Part shown: positions 1 through 9,410 of the stretch, one piece after another
Numbering within the stretch: the first letter of the stretch is position 1
How the letters are laid out: each line of letters starts with the position of its first letter
Assembly (NCBI GenBank): GCA_046726415.1
Contig: JBKPAK010000193.1
Coordinates: forward strand, 1 to 55,286
Direction of reading: 5' to 3'
Length of the DNA stretch: 55,286 nt
DNA from: Candidatus Methylomirabilota bacterium
Lineage (GTDB): Bacteria; Methylomirabilota; Methylomirabilia; Rokubacteriales; CSP1-6
Notes under the pieces: model-generated
What the model saw: the letters and a program-made list of their open reading frames with translations, nothing else
Told to the model about the DNA's origin: nothing
The model's database searches: none
Program-made: the position numbers and the translations under genes

Positions 1-1
1 A

Positions 2-583
2 CTCGTCACGGACTGGTCACCGCAGCATCGGGCCCACTGGATCTCCGAGCAGGTGCTGCACTGGTCCGGCATCCCGACCGTCAACGTGCGGGCGACCATC
101 TTCGTCGAGAACCCCATCCTGACCTGGCTGGCGCTGGGCCCACTGAGCAAGGGTGAGCTCCGCCTGCCTTTCGGCCTCCAGCGGCTTTCGCCGGTCGCCG
201 GTTACGACGTGGCGGAGCTGTGCGTGAGAATCCTCGTCGACCTGGCGCCGCACATCTCGAAGTCCTACGAGCTCACCGGTCCGGAACTGAAGGACATGCA
301 CGGGTTCGCGGAGGATTACGGGGCCGCGCTGGGACGCCAGGTCTCCTACATCCCTGAGGAAGTGGACGCCTGGAACGAGACCTTCGTGGACAGGGCCCTG
401 GCCGAGAATCCGCATGTGGCGGAGCACCTGAAGACCCTGACCAGGCTGGTCGCCGGCGGGCGGTACGACGTCGTCACCGACCAACTGGAAAACCTGCTCG
501 GGCGCCGGCCGAAGACTGTGCGGTGGGCGCTGGAGAACAATCCGCGCATCCGGAAAGTGGCGGGGAAAGTGGCGGCTGCCTGA
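2..583 (+). CDS. NmrA-like/NAD(P)H-binding protein, 5'-partial
   Basis: Frame open from nt 2 (LVTDWSPQHRAHWISEQVLHWSGIP..VRATIF..SPVAGYDVA..YELTGP..LLGRRP); typical C-terminal half of atypical SDR/NmrA proteins. Confidence 0.7.
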   Translation, partial: LVTDWSPQHRAHWISEQVLHWSGIPTVNVRATIFVENPILTWLALGPLSKGELRLPFGLQRLSPVAGYDVAELCVRILVDLAPHISKSYELTGPELKDMHGFAEDYGAALGRQVSYIPEEVDAWNETFVDRALAENPHVAEHLKTLTRLVAGGRYDVVTDQLENLLGRRPKTVRWALENNPRIRKVAGKVAAA

Positions 584-701
584 ACCGTTGAGCGGTCCAG
601 AGCAGATTCCCTGGACGGCTCTCCGAGGCTGCTCTTGGCCTTTGGCAAATGTTTCCCACCGTGAACCTAGACGTGGGTGAGCAAGAGACACCGGCTGACG
701 C

Positions 702-929
702 GTGGGAGGAATCGCTTTATGCTTCCTGTGCTTCGTCGTCTGCCCGCCCGGGGCGCTCGACGACACCACAGTGCGGAGCCTGCTGCGCGGAGTCCTTGCC
801 GGCTACAAGATCCCCAAGCGCGTTCACTTCGTGGACGCACTCCCCCGCGATCCGTTTCAGGGCAAGGTCCGCCGGACCGAACTGCGCTGCATAGCGGAAG
901 AGTTGGGACGTTCCTCGGCCGGCCGTTAA
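702..929 (+). pseudogene. C-terminal remnant of AMP-binding (acyl-CoA synthetase) enzyme
   Basis: LAGYKIPKRVHFVDALPR..GKVRRTELR matches the AMP-binding C-terminal domain; no N-terminal part. Confidence 0.6.
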
Positions 930-943
930 CTGTGAACGGGGCT

Positions 944-963
944 CTTGCGTTGACTTGCGTTGA
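944..963 (+). repeat. Tandem 10-bp direct repeat CTTGCGTTGA x2, probable integrase arm site of an upstream island
   Basis: Perfect tandem repeat about 150 bp before the first att core. Confidence 0.45.
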
Positions 964-1115
964 ACGCTCGGAAAATCGCGATGACTTCGCGTCCGCTCAT
1001 GTCGTGAGAGTGCGTCTATGTCGCGGGCGATCGCGGTGCGAACGTTCAGGCGGATCGCGCGGTTACGCGCAAGTGCGCGAAAAACGAGGAGGGCCGGCTC
1101 ATCACCGGCCCTCGT

Positions 1116-1160
1116 CTCTTAATCAGCGGGTCCAAGGTTCGAGTCCTTGACGGCCCACCA
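1116..1160 (+). repeat. att core 1: 3' part of tRNA-Lys(CTT) (anticodon loop to CCA)
   Basis: CTCTTAATCAGCGGGTCCAAGGTTCGAGTCCTTGACGGCCCACCA; T-loop GTTCGAG, CCA end, no 5' half; identical at 9511 and 54367. Confidence 0.9.
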
Positions 1161-1167
1161 ACACCGA

Positions 1168-1197
1168 CGGGCACTTCCAGAACACCGGAAGTGCCCG
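1168..1197 (+). terminator. Hairpin after att core 1
   Basis: CGGGCACTTCC-loop-GGAAGTGCCCG followed by T-rich tract. Confidence 0.7.
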
Positions 1198-1479
1198 CTG
1201 ATTTTCTATCAGCGGGTTTAGGGTCGGCGAGCCGCAAAATCCAGGGAATCGGCATCGACGGATCGACAGCGGGGCAAACGATTTGACCCGCATTGCCCCA
1301 TCGCAGAAACACCGCTTCGATAATCGTCCGCGAACACGCACGCAGCTCGCCGGCTCGCGTCGATGCCGGGATTCCCGGCATTTCTCCGCCAGAAGTATCG
1401 GGTCGGTGAAGAGACCCCTTGACGGTCGTCGACCTCGATGGAGCCGTGCTGATCGGCCGGCCTGCTGTCGCGCACGGGC

Positions 1480-1666
1480 GCCAGCTACGCGATCCTGATC
1501 CTCCGTGAACGGGCGCGCGAACTCGCCGCGGCGAAGGATGGCCGATCCTCGCTGATCGGCGCAGGAGCGCGCCTCCTCGTCACGCACAACCATCAGACAC
1601 TTCGGTTCGGGACAGGGAGTGCGTGTGGTGCGTCCGCGAACGCTGATCGACGAAGTCCGCGCGTGA
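1480..1666 (+). pseudogene. PIN-domain toxin remnant
   Basis: Broken frames give LRDPD..LLVTHN/IRHFGSGQGVRVVRPRTLIDEVRA*, resembling a PIN toxin C-terminus. Confidence 0.4.
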
Positions 1667-1798
1667 ATGGATCGTTCGGAACATGAGCTCCGCGGGTCCA
1701 AGAGCGGACTATTCGGCGTGTCGAGCCCCACGGTGGCCCGGATTCCCTAGGATGCCTTAGACCGGCGGGTGCCGGTGCATAATACCGGGAGACGCTGA

Positions 1799-1855
1799 GA
1801 GGCGATGGGGTTCGCCTGAACCGCCCCGCACCGTGCGGAGCTGATGACCCCTACC
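1799..1855 (+). ncRNA. Fluoride riboswitch (crcB motif)
   Basis: GGCGATGGGGTTCGCC-TGAACCGC...GCTGATGACCCCTAC; P1 GGCGA/TCGCC, pseudoknot GGGGT/ACCCC; operon contains crcB. Confidence 0.93.
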
Positions 1856-1879
1856 GGACGCCGGTAGGGGTTCTTTTTT
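1847..1879 (+). terminator. Intrinsic terminator, riboswitch expression platform
   Basis: ACCCCTACCGG-ACG-CCGGTAGGGGT then TCTTTTTT; 5' arm overlaps the aptamer pseudoknot strand. Confidence 0.9.
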
Positions 1880-1909
1880 ATGGCCTGTTGCCAGGCAGGA
1901 GGACACGCC

Positions 1910-2113
1910 ATGGCGGAGCAGGAACGGAAACCCGCCAAGCGAGACGCTTCCAAGACCGACGCGCCGCCGCCCACCACGACGAAGTCGGCGGTCGCCGAGA
2001 AGGGCGAGAAGCTCAAGAAGACGATCGACGAGGTGATCGACGAGATCGACGACGTGCTCGAAGAGAACGCCGACGAGTTCGTGAAGGGCTATGTCCAGCG
2101 AGGCGGAGAGTGA
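1910..2113 (+). CDS. pup: Prokaryotic ubiquitin-like protein Pup (67 aa)
   Basis: RBS AGGAGG; IDEVIDEIDDVLEENADEFVKGYVQRGGE C-terminus is the Pup signature. Confidence 0.85.
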   Translation: MAEQERKPAKRDASKTDAPPPTTTKSAVAEKGEKLKKTIDEVIDEIDDVLEENADEFVKGYVQRGGE

Positions 2114-2883
2114 GCCGGAGCATCGGCGACACGAAGCTTCTGGATGCGTGCCAGCAACCAGGCTGCCCGGTCTGCCGACGTGTCGACGAAGAAAGCCGTC
2201 ACCACGTCGACGGGCTCTTGCATGAGCTCGCGAACGATTTGGAGACACGCTCCGCGCTCCGTCGTTCCTGGGGGTTCTGCAACTGGCACGGCTGGATGAC
2301 GCTCGCGGCCCCGGGCGCGCGCACTGGCGTCGCGATCATGTACGCCGATGTGCTGCGCAGCGTCTCGGGCCGTGTCCGACGAACGAGTCGTAGCGCCGCT
2401 GGCAAGGCGAGCGGCAACTGGCGCCATCGCGTCGCGGCGGTGTTCCTCCCCGACGGGTCGACGACCGAGCCGGCGGATGGCGGACGAGCCGCGTGCCTCG
2501 TCTGCCAAAGCGTGACGCGCGGTGAGAGCCGCTACCTTCGCACTCTTTGTCTCGTCGGTGTGGACGACGCGGTGACTCGAGCCTATGACGCATCCGACGG
2601 GCTCTGCCTCCGCCATCTGCAGCTTGCCATGGAGCGAGGCCGCATCGCGTCGTCTCTCGTGGCGCACACGCTTCGCAAGTGGGATGAACTCGCCGGCCTG
2701 CTCGACGACTTCGTCAAGAAGCACGAGTACCGGAACGCGATCCCCTTTACCGAGGCCGAGGCTCGCGCCTGCGACCGCGCCGTCGAGACGTTGTCCGGCG
2801 GACGAGGCGTCTGGGCGAACGACCTCCACGGCGACGCCCACCCGCGCCGGCGGCCGGGAACCACCTGCGTTCGGAGAGCGTGA
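2110..2883 (+). CDS. DUF6062-like Cys/His-rich protein
   Basis: GTG overlaps pup stop; duplicated CPVC..GFCNWH and CLVC..LCLRH motifs. Confidence 0.65.
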   Translation: MSRSIGDTKLLDACQQPGCPVCRRVDEESRHHVDGLLHELANDLETRSALRRSWGFCNWHGWMTLAAPGARTGVAIMYADVLRSVSGRVRRTSRSAAGKASGNWRHRVAAVFLPDGSTTEPADGGRAACLVCQSVTRGESRYLRTLCLVGVDDAVTRAYDASDGLCLRHLQLAMERGRIASSLVAHTLRKWDELAGLLDDFVKKHEYRNAIPFTEAEARACDRAVETLSGGRGVWANDLHGDAHPRRRPGTTCVRRA

Positions 2884-4097
2884 TGGAAAACGTCTGGTTC
2901 GTGGCCGCCGTGTGGGTCGGGCTCGCGCTCGTCGCGACGCTCTTCGCGATCTGGTTCAGGATCTCCACGGCGCTCTCCGAGATCGTCGTCGGCGTCGTCG
3001 CGCAGCTCGTCATCGGTGCGATCGTCGGCCCCCACGCGCTCGGCTCGTCGAGCGCGTGGGTGACCTTCCTTGCCGGTACCGGCGCGATTGTCCTCACGTT
3101 CCTCGCGGGTGCCGAGCTCGATCCGTCCGTCTTTCGCGTGAAGTGGAAGGAAGCGGCCATCGTCGGCCTGATCAGCTTCGGCGCGCCGTTCTTCGGCGCC
3201 GCCGCCGCCGCGCGCTACCTCCTCGGATGGACGCCGAGCGCCAGCTGGCTCGCCGGGGTCGCGCTCTCGACGACGTCCGTGGCCGTCGTCTACGCCGTGA
3301 TGCTCGAGCTGGGGTTCAACACGACCGAGTATGGGAAATCGATCCTCGCCGCCTGCTTCGTGACCGACCTCGGCACGGTCATCGCGCTGGGCCTGATCTT
3401 CGCCCCCTTCACGGCCCGAACGCTGGTCTTCGTCGTCGTATGTGCCGGGCTGTTCGCCGTGCTCCCGCGCGTGACGTCGCGCTTCTTTCAACGCTACGGA
3501 GGCCGCGTCTCCGAGCTGGAAACGAAGTTCATCCTGCTTGCGCTGTTCGGCACCGGCGGCCTGGCCGTCTGGGCGCAGAGTGAGCCGGTGCTTCCGGCCT
3601 ATGTCATCGGCATGCTGCTCGCGGGAACCGTCGGCCGTGACCACCAGCTCATCCGCCGGCTTCGCACGGTCACGTTCGGGCTCCTGACCCCGTTCTACTT
3701 CATCCGGGCCGGCTCCTTCGTGTCGGTCCCCGCGCTCGTGGCCGCTCCGATGGTGCTCGTGGTCCTCTTCTCCGCCAAGATGGTGAGCAAGATGCTCGGC
3801 GTATTTCCCGCGGTGAAGGCGTTCCGCTATGGCCAGCAGGAGGGCCTGTACTACACGTTGATGATGTCCACCGGGTTGACCTTTGGCACCATCTCGGCGC
3901 TGTTCGGTCTGAGCCACGGCATCGTCGATGCGGCGCAGTACTCGCACCTGGTCGCGGCGGTCATCGGCAGCGCGGTGATCCCCACGTTGATCGCCAACGC
4001 GTTCTTCATGCCGCACCACCTGCGCCCCGAGCCGACCCCGCCGCTTGCGGCCGCCGCCACGGCCGCGGCCGTCGAGGGAGGAAGTGGCCGTGTATAA
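2880..4097 (+). CDS. Cation:proton antiporter (CPA2/Na_H_Exchanger)
   Basis: About 12 TM helices, FLAGAELD, LSTTSVAV, FVTDLG motifs. Confidence 0.88.
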   Translation: MMENVWFVAAVWVGLALVATLFAIWFRISTALSEIVVGVVAQLVIGAIVGPHALGSSSAWVTFLAGTGAIVLTFLAGAELDPSVFRVKWKEAAIVGLISFGAPFFGAAAAARYLLGWTPSASWLAGVALSTTSVAVVYAVMLELGFNTTEYGKSILAACFVTDLGTVIALGLIFAPFTARTLVFVVVCAGLFAVLPRVTSRFFQRYGGRVSELETKFILLALFGTGGLAVWAQSEPVLPAYVIGMLLAGTVGRDHQLIRRLRTVTFGLLTPFYFIRAGSFVSVPALVAAPMVLVVLFSAKMVSKMLGVFPAVKAFRYGQQEGLYYTLMMSTGLTFGTISALFGLSHGIVDAAQYSHLVAAVIGSAVIPTLIANAFFMPHHLRPEPTPPLAAAATAAAVEGGSGRV

Positions 4098-4470
4098 ACG
4101 CATTCTCGTCGCCTACGACGGCTCCGAGGGTGCCCGCGCCGCCCTGCGCCATGGCGTGGAGCTCGCGAAGGCGCTGGGCGCCGAGCTGTCGAGCGTCTCG
4201 GTCGAGGAACACCTGCCGCACTATGCCGCCTCGATCAGCGAAGTGAAGGGCGCCAAGGAAGAAATCGACGCGTACTTTCACCGGCTCGCGAAGGAGGCGC
4301 GCGATTACGCCGCGATGCAGGGCGTGGATCTGGACGTCCTGATCCGCCAGGGCCACGAGGTCGAGGAGATCGTCAAGGTCGCCCGCGACGGCGCGTTCGA
4401 GCGCTTCATGGGAAGCACCGCCCAGAGCATCGTCCGGCTCGCTCCGTGCTCGGTGCTCCTGGCGAAGTAG
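4090..4470 (+). CDS. Universal stress protein (apparently internally shortened)
   Basis: YKRILVAYDGS..MGSTAQSIVRLAPCSVLL; the usual DLLVxG segment is missing. Confidence 0.8.
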   Translation: MYKRILVAYDGSEGARAALRHGVELAKALGAELSSVSVEEHLPHYAASISEVKGAKEEIDAYFHRLAKEARDYAAMQGVDLDVLIRQGHEVEEIVKVARDGAFERFMGSTAQSIVRLAPCSVLLAK

Positions 4471-4522
4471 CGAGGCATCCTTTGCGATCGGCAACGGCCG
4501 TTGAAAGGAGGATCCCACTCCG

Positions 4523-4912
4523 GTGGAACGATTACTGTTCGTCGCTGTCGGCGGCGCGATCGGTTCGGCGGCGCGTTACCTCGTGTCGATCCTCGCCGCC
4601 GTCTGGTTTGGCAGCGAGTTCCCGTACGGCACCCTCATCGTGAACCTCGTCGGCGCCTTCATCATCGGGCTGGTGCAGGAGCTCGGGACGGAAGCGTTGC
4701 TGCTCCCCGACAACATCCGCCTGTTCATCACGACGGGGATGATGGGAGGCCTGACGACGTACTCGACGTTCAGTTATGAGACCGTGCGGCTGATGGAGGC
4801 CAATGCCTGGCCCCAAGCCTGGGTCAACGTCATCGTCACGACCGTCATCTGCCTGACGTTGTGTTTTTTCGGCATCGCGGTGGGCCGTCTCCTCTTGACG
4901 CTGCGGGGGTAA
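4523..4912 (+). CDS. crcB: Fluoride channel CrcB/Fluc
   Basis: GGAIGSAARY, FPYGTLIVN, TGMMGGLTTYSTFSYE. Confidence 0.95.
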   Translation: MERLLFVAVGGAIGSAARYLVSILAAVWFGSEFPYGTLIVNLVGAFIIGLVQELGTEALLLPDNIRLFITTGMMGGLTTYSTFSYETVRLMEANAWPQAWVNVIVTTVICLTLCFFGIAVGRLLLTLRG

Positions 4913-4917
4913 GGGCC

Positions 4918-5259
4918 ATGCGGAAGATCGAGGGCGAGCAGGTGCTGATGCGGATCTTCATCGGTCAGACGGATCAATGGCACCACAGACCGCTCTACAT
5001 GGCGCTGGTCGAGCTGTTCCGCTCGAAGCACCTCGCCGGCGCGACGGTACTCCAGGGCGTCGCGGGCTTCGGCGCCGGCTCCATCCTGCATGAAGCCAAG
5101 CTCTTCCGGCTGTCCCAGGACCTGCCCGTCGTCATCGAGGTCGTCGATACCGAAGCGCACATCCAGGCCGTCCTGCCCGAGGTCGACCGCATGATGCAGG
5201 GCGGGCTGATCACGCTCGAGAAAGTGCAGGTCGTCAAGTACGACCGCGGAGACTCGTGA
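4918..5259 (+). CDS. DUF190 (PII-like) protein
   Basis: LMRIFIG..GATVLQGVAGFG..SQDLPVVIEVVD; typical crcB neighbour. Confidence 0.88.
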   Translation: MRKIEGEQVLMRIFIGQTDQWHHRPLYMALVELFRSKHLAGATVLQGVAGFGAGSILHEAKLFRLSQDLPVVIEVVDTEAHIQAVLPEVDRMMQGGLITLEKVQVVKYDRGDS

Positions 5260-6974
5260 GCGACACCGCATCACCGCTTCGCCTCATCGGTCGGCTGGCG
5301 GGCGAGATCGGCGAGCCGGCCCTTGTCGGCGAGGCTGACGCGCTCGCCGGCCGCGTGGCGGAGGGACGCTTCTATGCCGTCTGCCTCGGCCAGTTCAAGC
5401 GCGGCAAGTCGTCGCTCCTGAACGCGCTCGTCGGGTATCCCGTGCTTCCGGCCGGGATCGTCCCGGTGACCAATGTCGTCACGGTGCTCCGGCACGGCGA
5501 TCGCCTCGCGGCTCGCGTCCGACACGCGGATGGGCACTGGCAGGAGTGCGAGGTCGCTGCGGTCTCCAGCTACGTCTCGGAGGAGCAGAACCCGCAGAAC
5601 GAGAAGGCGGTGGACCTGGTCGAAATCTTCGTCCCGAGCTCCTTGCTGCAGCACGGCCTCTGCCTGGTCGACACGCCGGGCGTCGGCTCGGTATGGACGA
5701 TCAACACCGCCGCCACGCGACAGTTCATTCCGCATGTCGACGCAGCCCTCGTGGTCCTCGGCGTCGATCCTCCGCTGTCCGGCGACGAGCTCGCGCTCCT
5801 GCGGGACGTCGCGGCCCAGGTCGACGACATCGTCGTGCTCCTCAACAAGGCCGACCTGCATAGCGCGAGCGAGCGCGCCGAAGGCGCACGCTTTGCCGAG
5901 CGCATCGCGAGCGACGCGCTCGGACGCCCACTCGGTCGCATCTTCGAAGTGAGCGCCAGGGAGCGCATCGCCGGTACCGGTCCGCCGAGGGACTGGGACG
6001 CGCTGGAGGAGCGCCTCGTCACCATGGCCCGGAAGTCCGGATCGGACCTCATTCGGCGGGCCGAGACGCGTGGGACGCGCTTGATCGGCGATCGCCTGCT
6101 CGCGCGGGTCGAGGAACGCGAAGCGGCGCTTCGACGCCCACTCGAGGAGTCGGAGGCGCGCAGCGCGCGCCTGGCCCGCGCGATCGCGAAGGCCGAGCGG
6201 TTCCTCGACGACCTCGCGCACCGGCTCCTTGCCGTCGAGCAGCGCGTGGCGCACGACCTGGAGCGCGAGGCGGATGAGTTCCTCCGGAACAACCTGAGCG
6301 CAGCGCTGGCCGGGTTCGACGCGGCGCTGGACTCGGCGGCAGTCGGCTCAGGCGGTCTTCGCGCGTGGGCCGTGATGACTGCCGGGAAGATCGCCGAGCG
6401 TCGTCTCGAGCATTGGCGACGCGAAGCGGAGCCGCTCGTGGCTGAACGGCTCCGGAACGGGATCGCCCGGTTGGTCACGACGGTCAACGACGTCCAGGCG
6501 GACATGGCACGGTTCGAGCCGGCCTTGCGCCTTCCGTCGCTCGGGGACGAGGTCTTCCTCCATATCCGGAGTCGGCTCTACTACACCCAGATGCTCTGGA
6601 TCGCGCCGGAATCCGTCGCGCGTTCGTGGCTCGAACGCCTGGTTCCGCGAAGGATCCGCCTCGCGTCCGTCAGGCGCGATGGCCAGCGCTATCTTGCTCG
6701 CCTCATCGAAGTGAATGCGTCGCGGATCAAGAACGACTTCCGGCAACGGCTCGTCGAGAGCCGCGCGCTCCTGGAGAGAGAGCTACGATCGCGCCTGCGG
6801 GAAGTCGCGGAAGGCGCGGGCCGCGCCGTGGCGCACGCGCGTGACGTGCACGCGAGAGGGATGGCGGTGGTCGAGGCCGAGCAGCGGCGCCTAGCGAGCA
6901 TCCGTCAGGAGCTCGAACAGGAGCTCGAACGAGTCCTCGCGAGTCAGCCCGGCGGCGCCTCCGGAGACCGCTGA
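5256..6974 (+). CDS. Dynamin-like GTPase
   Basis: G1 GQFKRGKSS, G3 LVDTPG, G4 NKAD, helical C-terminus. Confidence 0.85.
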   Translation: MSDTASPLRLIGRLAGEIGEPALVGEADALAGRVAEGRFYAVCLGQFKRGKSSLLNALVGYPVLPAGIVPVTNVVTVLRHGDRLAARVRHADGHWQECEVAAVSSYVSEEQNPQNEKAVDLVEIFVPSSLLQHGLCLVDTPGVGSVWTINTAATRQFIPHVDAALVVLGVDPPLSGDELALLRDVAAQVDDIVVLLNKADLHSASERAEGARFAERIASDALGRPLGRIFEVSARERIAGTGPPRDWDALEERLVTMARKSGSDLIRRAETRGTRLIGDRLLARVEEREAALRRPLEESEARSARLARAIAKAERFLDDLAHRLLAVEQRVAHDLEREADEFLRNNLSAALAGFDAALDSAAVGSGGLRAWAVMTAGKIAERRLEHWRREAEPLVAERLRNGIARLVTTVNDVQADMARFEPALRLPSLGDEVFLHIRSRLYYTQMLWIAPESVARSWLERLVPRRIRLASVRRDGQRYLARLIEVNASRIKNDFRQRLVESRALLERELRSRLREVAEGAGRAVAHARDVHARGMAVVEAEQRRLASIRQELEQELERVLASQPGGASGDR

Positions 6975-7315
6975 TCGTTCTCGCCCTGAGCGTAACGGAT
7001 CACGTGGGCACGCTCCGTCATCATCACGCCGCCTTCCATCAGGACCTCGAGCTTGGGCACGACCCGGGCGATGTGCTCGGCGGTGTCGACGACCTCGATG
7101 ACGATCGGCAAGCCCTGCGCGGCGACCTCGATGTCGATCGTGTGCACGTGGCGGTCGTGCCCGAAGCCGGCCATGCCCTTTAGGACGGTCGTTCCCGCCA
7201 TTCCCTCGGCGCGCAGCACCTCGACGATCTTCCGAAAGAGCGGCTTACGGTCATGCGTCCGCGATTCGCTGAGGATCATCCGCAGGAGGACTTGGTCGCC
7301 TTCGATTCTCCGCAT
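6944..7315 (-). CDS. DUF190 protein (second paralogue)
   Basis: MRRIEGDQVLLRM..GTTVLKGMAGFG..LPIVIEVVD. Confidence 0.85.
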   Translation of the reverse strand: MRRIEGDQVLLRMILSESRTHDRKPLFRKIVEVLRAEGMAGTTVLKGMAGFGHDRHVHTIDIEVAAQGLPIVIEVVDTAEHIARVVPKLEVLMEGGVMMTERAHVIRYAQGENDQRSPEAPPG

Positions 7316-7317
7316 CG

Positions 7318-7698
7318 TCAGCTCTCCCAGTATTTCGCCTTGTCCGGAATGATCCAGCGGATTCCGCCCCGCGGCTCGTCCACGTCGCCCGCGTAACGAG
7401 GAATGAGGTGCAGGTGGGCGTGGCCGACCGTCTGCCCGGCCGCCTCACCGACATTCACGCCGAGGTTATAACCCTGCGGTCGATGCTGCCGCTCCAGGAT
7501 CGCGCGGACCTGGGCGACGAGACGCCAGATCGCGGCGAGCTCGTCGGCGCTGAGGGCGAGGAAGTCCGGCTCGTGTCGGCGCGGGACGACGAGGGCGTGT
7601 CCCGGCGTGAGAGGAGAGGTGTCGGCGAAGGCGACCGCGGTCGCGTCCTCCGCCAGTGCCTCCCCGGCGCGGATCTTGTCGCAGAAGATGCACTCCAT
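7318..7698 (-). CDS. HIT family hydrolase
   Basis: CIFC, PGHALVVPRRH, GQTVGHAHLHLIPR. Confidence 0.92.
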   Translation of the reverse strand: MECIFCDKIRAGEALAEDATAVAFADTSPLTPGHALVVPRRHEPDFLALSADELAAIWRLVAQVRAILERQHRPQGYNLGVNVGEAAGQTVGHAHLHLIPRYAGDVDEPRGGIRWIIPDKAKYWES

Positions 7699-7727
7699 CG
7701 CGCTCACAGGGTAACAGTCGGGCTTCC

Positions 7728-8198
7728 TCAGCGTCGGAGCGTGGCGATCAACCGCTTCGGGTGCAAAAGGAGTTGCAGCGCAGTCACGATGCTGGGACAC
7801 ACGATGCTTCCGGACACGATCGTGTCGGCCGCGGCCCCTTCACCGCCGACCACGGCGATCCCCAGCGACGCGGCCCGGAGCATCGCCCGATCATTGCGGC
7901 CGTTCCCGACGCAGACCGTGGCATCCGCGCCGAGGCGTCGCACGTACGCCGCCTTCCCGAGATCCTGTCGGGTCGCCGGCAAGACGCTCACCGTTGCCGG
8001 CACGCCGCGCAGTTCCGCCGTCGCCGTCCCGAACGTGTCCGCCGTCAGGACGTGGATCTCGAGCCTCCGGTGGAGTCGTCTCAGCGCGCCGGCCACGCCG
8101 GCGAGAAGGCGCCCATCCAGCGCAAGCGTGCCGTTGTAATCGAGGACGAGGTAGCGCAGGCGGAGGCGCTTGTACCCCGGGATGTCGATCGCGATCAT
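7728..8198 (-). CDS. HAD-family soluble P-type-ATPase-like hydrolase
   Basis: LDYNGTLA, LTADTFG, GNGRNDRAML. Confidence 0.85.
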   Translation of the reverse strand: MIAIDIPGYKRLRLRYLVLDYNGTLALDGRLLAGVAGALRRLHRRLEIHVLTADTFGTATAELRGVPATVSVLPATRQDLGKAAYVRRLGADATVCVGNGRNDRAMLRAASLGIAVVGGEGAAADTIVSGSIVCPSIVTALQLLLHPKRLIATLRR

Positions 8199-9154
8199 CG
8201 ACGTCGATCGGCCTCGAGCGTCAACGCGGCGGCTCGTCCCGGGGGGAACAGCTCGGTCGTGATGTAGCGCTCTCCCGTGTCCGCCAGGAGCACGACGATG
8301 ACCTTGCCGGTGGCGTCGGACCGCGCCGCCCCCGAGAGGGCGGCATGAAGCGCGGCCCCTGACGACGCGCCGGCGACGACCCCTTCCTCCCGCGCGAGCC
8401 GTTGCGCACACGCGAACGCGTCCTCATCGCTCACCGCGATCACCTCGTCGATGATCGATCGATTCAGGACCGCCGGCACGAAGCCGACGCCGATGCCCGG
8501 GATCCGGTGATTGCCCGCCGGCTTGCCGGAAAGCACGGCCGCACCCGCGGGCTCGACGGCCACGACCCGAACACTCGGCTTCCGGGCTTTGAGGACCTCG
8601 CCGACCCCGGTGATGGTCCCGCCGGTGCCCACGGCCGACACGAACACATCGACCGTTCCTTCCGTATCGTCCCAGATCTCGAGGGCAGTGGTGCGCCGAT
8701 GGATCTCCGCGTTCGCGGGGTTGCTGAACTGATCCAGCATGATGGCGCCAGGAAGTTCATCGACGAGCTCCTTGGCGCGAGCAACGGCGTCGATCATGAG
8801 GATGCCGGGTGTCAGAATCACTTCGGCGCCCAGTCGCCGGAGCAGCGCAACCCTCTCGGTCGACATCGTCTCCGGCATCGTGAGGACGAGTCGGTAGCCG
8901 CGGATCGCCGCGGCGAGGGCGAGTCCGACGCCGGTATTGCCACCGGTCGGCTCGACAAGCGTCAGTCCAGGCCGGAGACGCCCCTGCCGTTCAGCGTCTT
9001 CGATGAGCGCGACGCCCACCCTGTCTTTGACGCTGCCGCACGGGTTTCGCATCTCGAGCTTGGCGAGCACCCGCCCGGGCAAACCCTTCGCGGCACGACC
9101 CAGTTCGATCATCGGCGTCCGACCGACAGTGGCGGTGACATCGCGATAGATCAC
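8195..9154 (-). CDS. cysK: Cysteine synthase A
   Basis: NPCGSVKDR PLP lysine, GTGGTITG, IPGIGVGFVP. Confidence 0.92.
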   Translation of the reverse strand: MIYRDVTATVGRTPMIELGRAAKGLPGRVLAKLEMRNPCGSVKDRVGVALIEDAERQGRLRPGLTLVEPTGGNTGVGLALAAAIRGYRLVLTMPETMSTERVALLRRLGAEVILTPGILMIDAVARAKELVDELPGAIMLDQFSNPANAEIHRRTTALEIWDDTEGTVDVFVSAVGTGGTITGVGEVLKARKPSVRVVAVEPAGAAVLSGKPAGNHRIPGIGVGFVPAVLNRSIIDEVIAVSDEDAFACAQRLAREEGVVAGASSGAALHAALSGAARSDATGKVIVVLLADTGERYITTELFPPGRAAALTLEADRRR

Positions 9155-9410
9155 CTGTCGCCCCTTCAGCCCCTGTCAGGGTACGATCCCCTGCCGCAGG
9201 CGCGGCGTGTGAGCTTCTATCCGACGGATGGCGCAGTCGGTCGTCAGCGGCGCGGGAGCCACTGCCCGTGGCGCGCCGTCCAGGACGTCGGGATGGAAAG
9301 CCTCAACACGCCGGGGACCTCTAGCATGACGGGGAGCGCCATCCCGGCGCATGGACTCATGGAGCGGACAGGGACCCGGCAGCGGGTCAAAAAATGGGGC
9401 AAAACCACGA

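Noticed and set aside
1080-1160. Intact tRNA-Lys gene at any of the three copies
   Set aside because: None has the 5' acceptor strand or D-arm; upstream sequences differ, so they are att fragments
9226-9346. Second fluoride riboswitch upstream of cysK (minus: GGGATGGCGCTCCCC)
   Set aside because: A P1-like start is present but the GCTGATGAC-type 3' element is absent at the right spacing; only a 9-bp inverted repeat remains. Needs an Infernal scan
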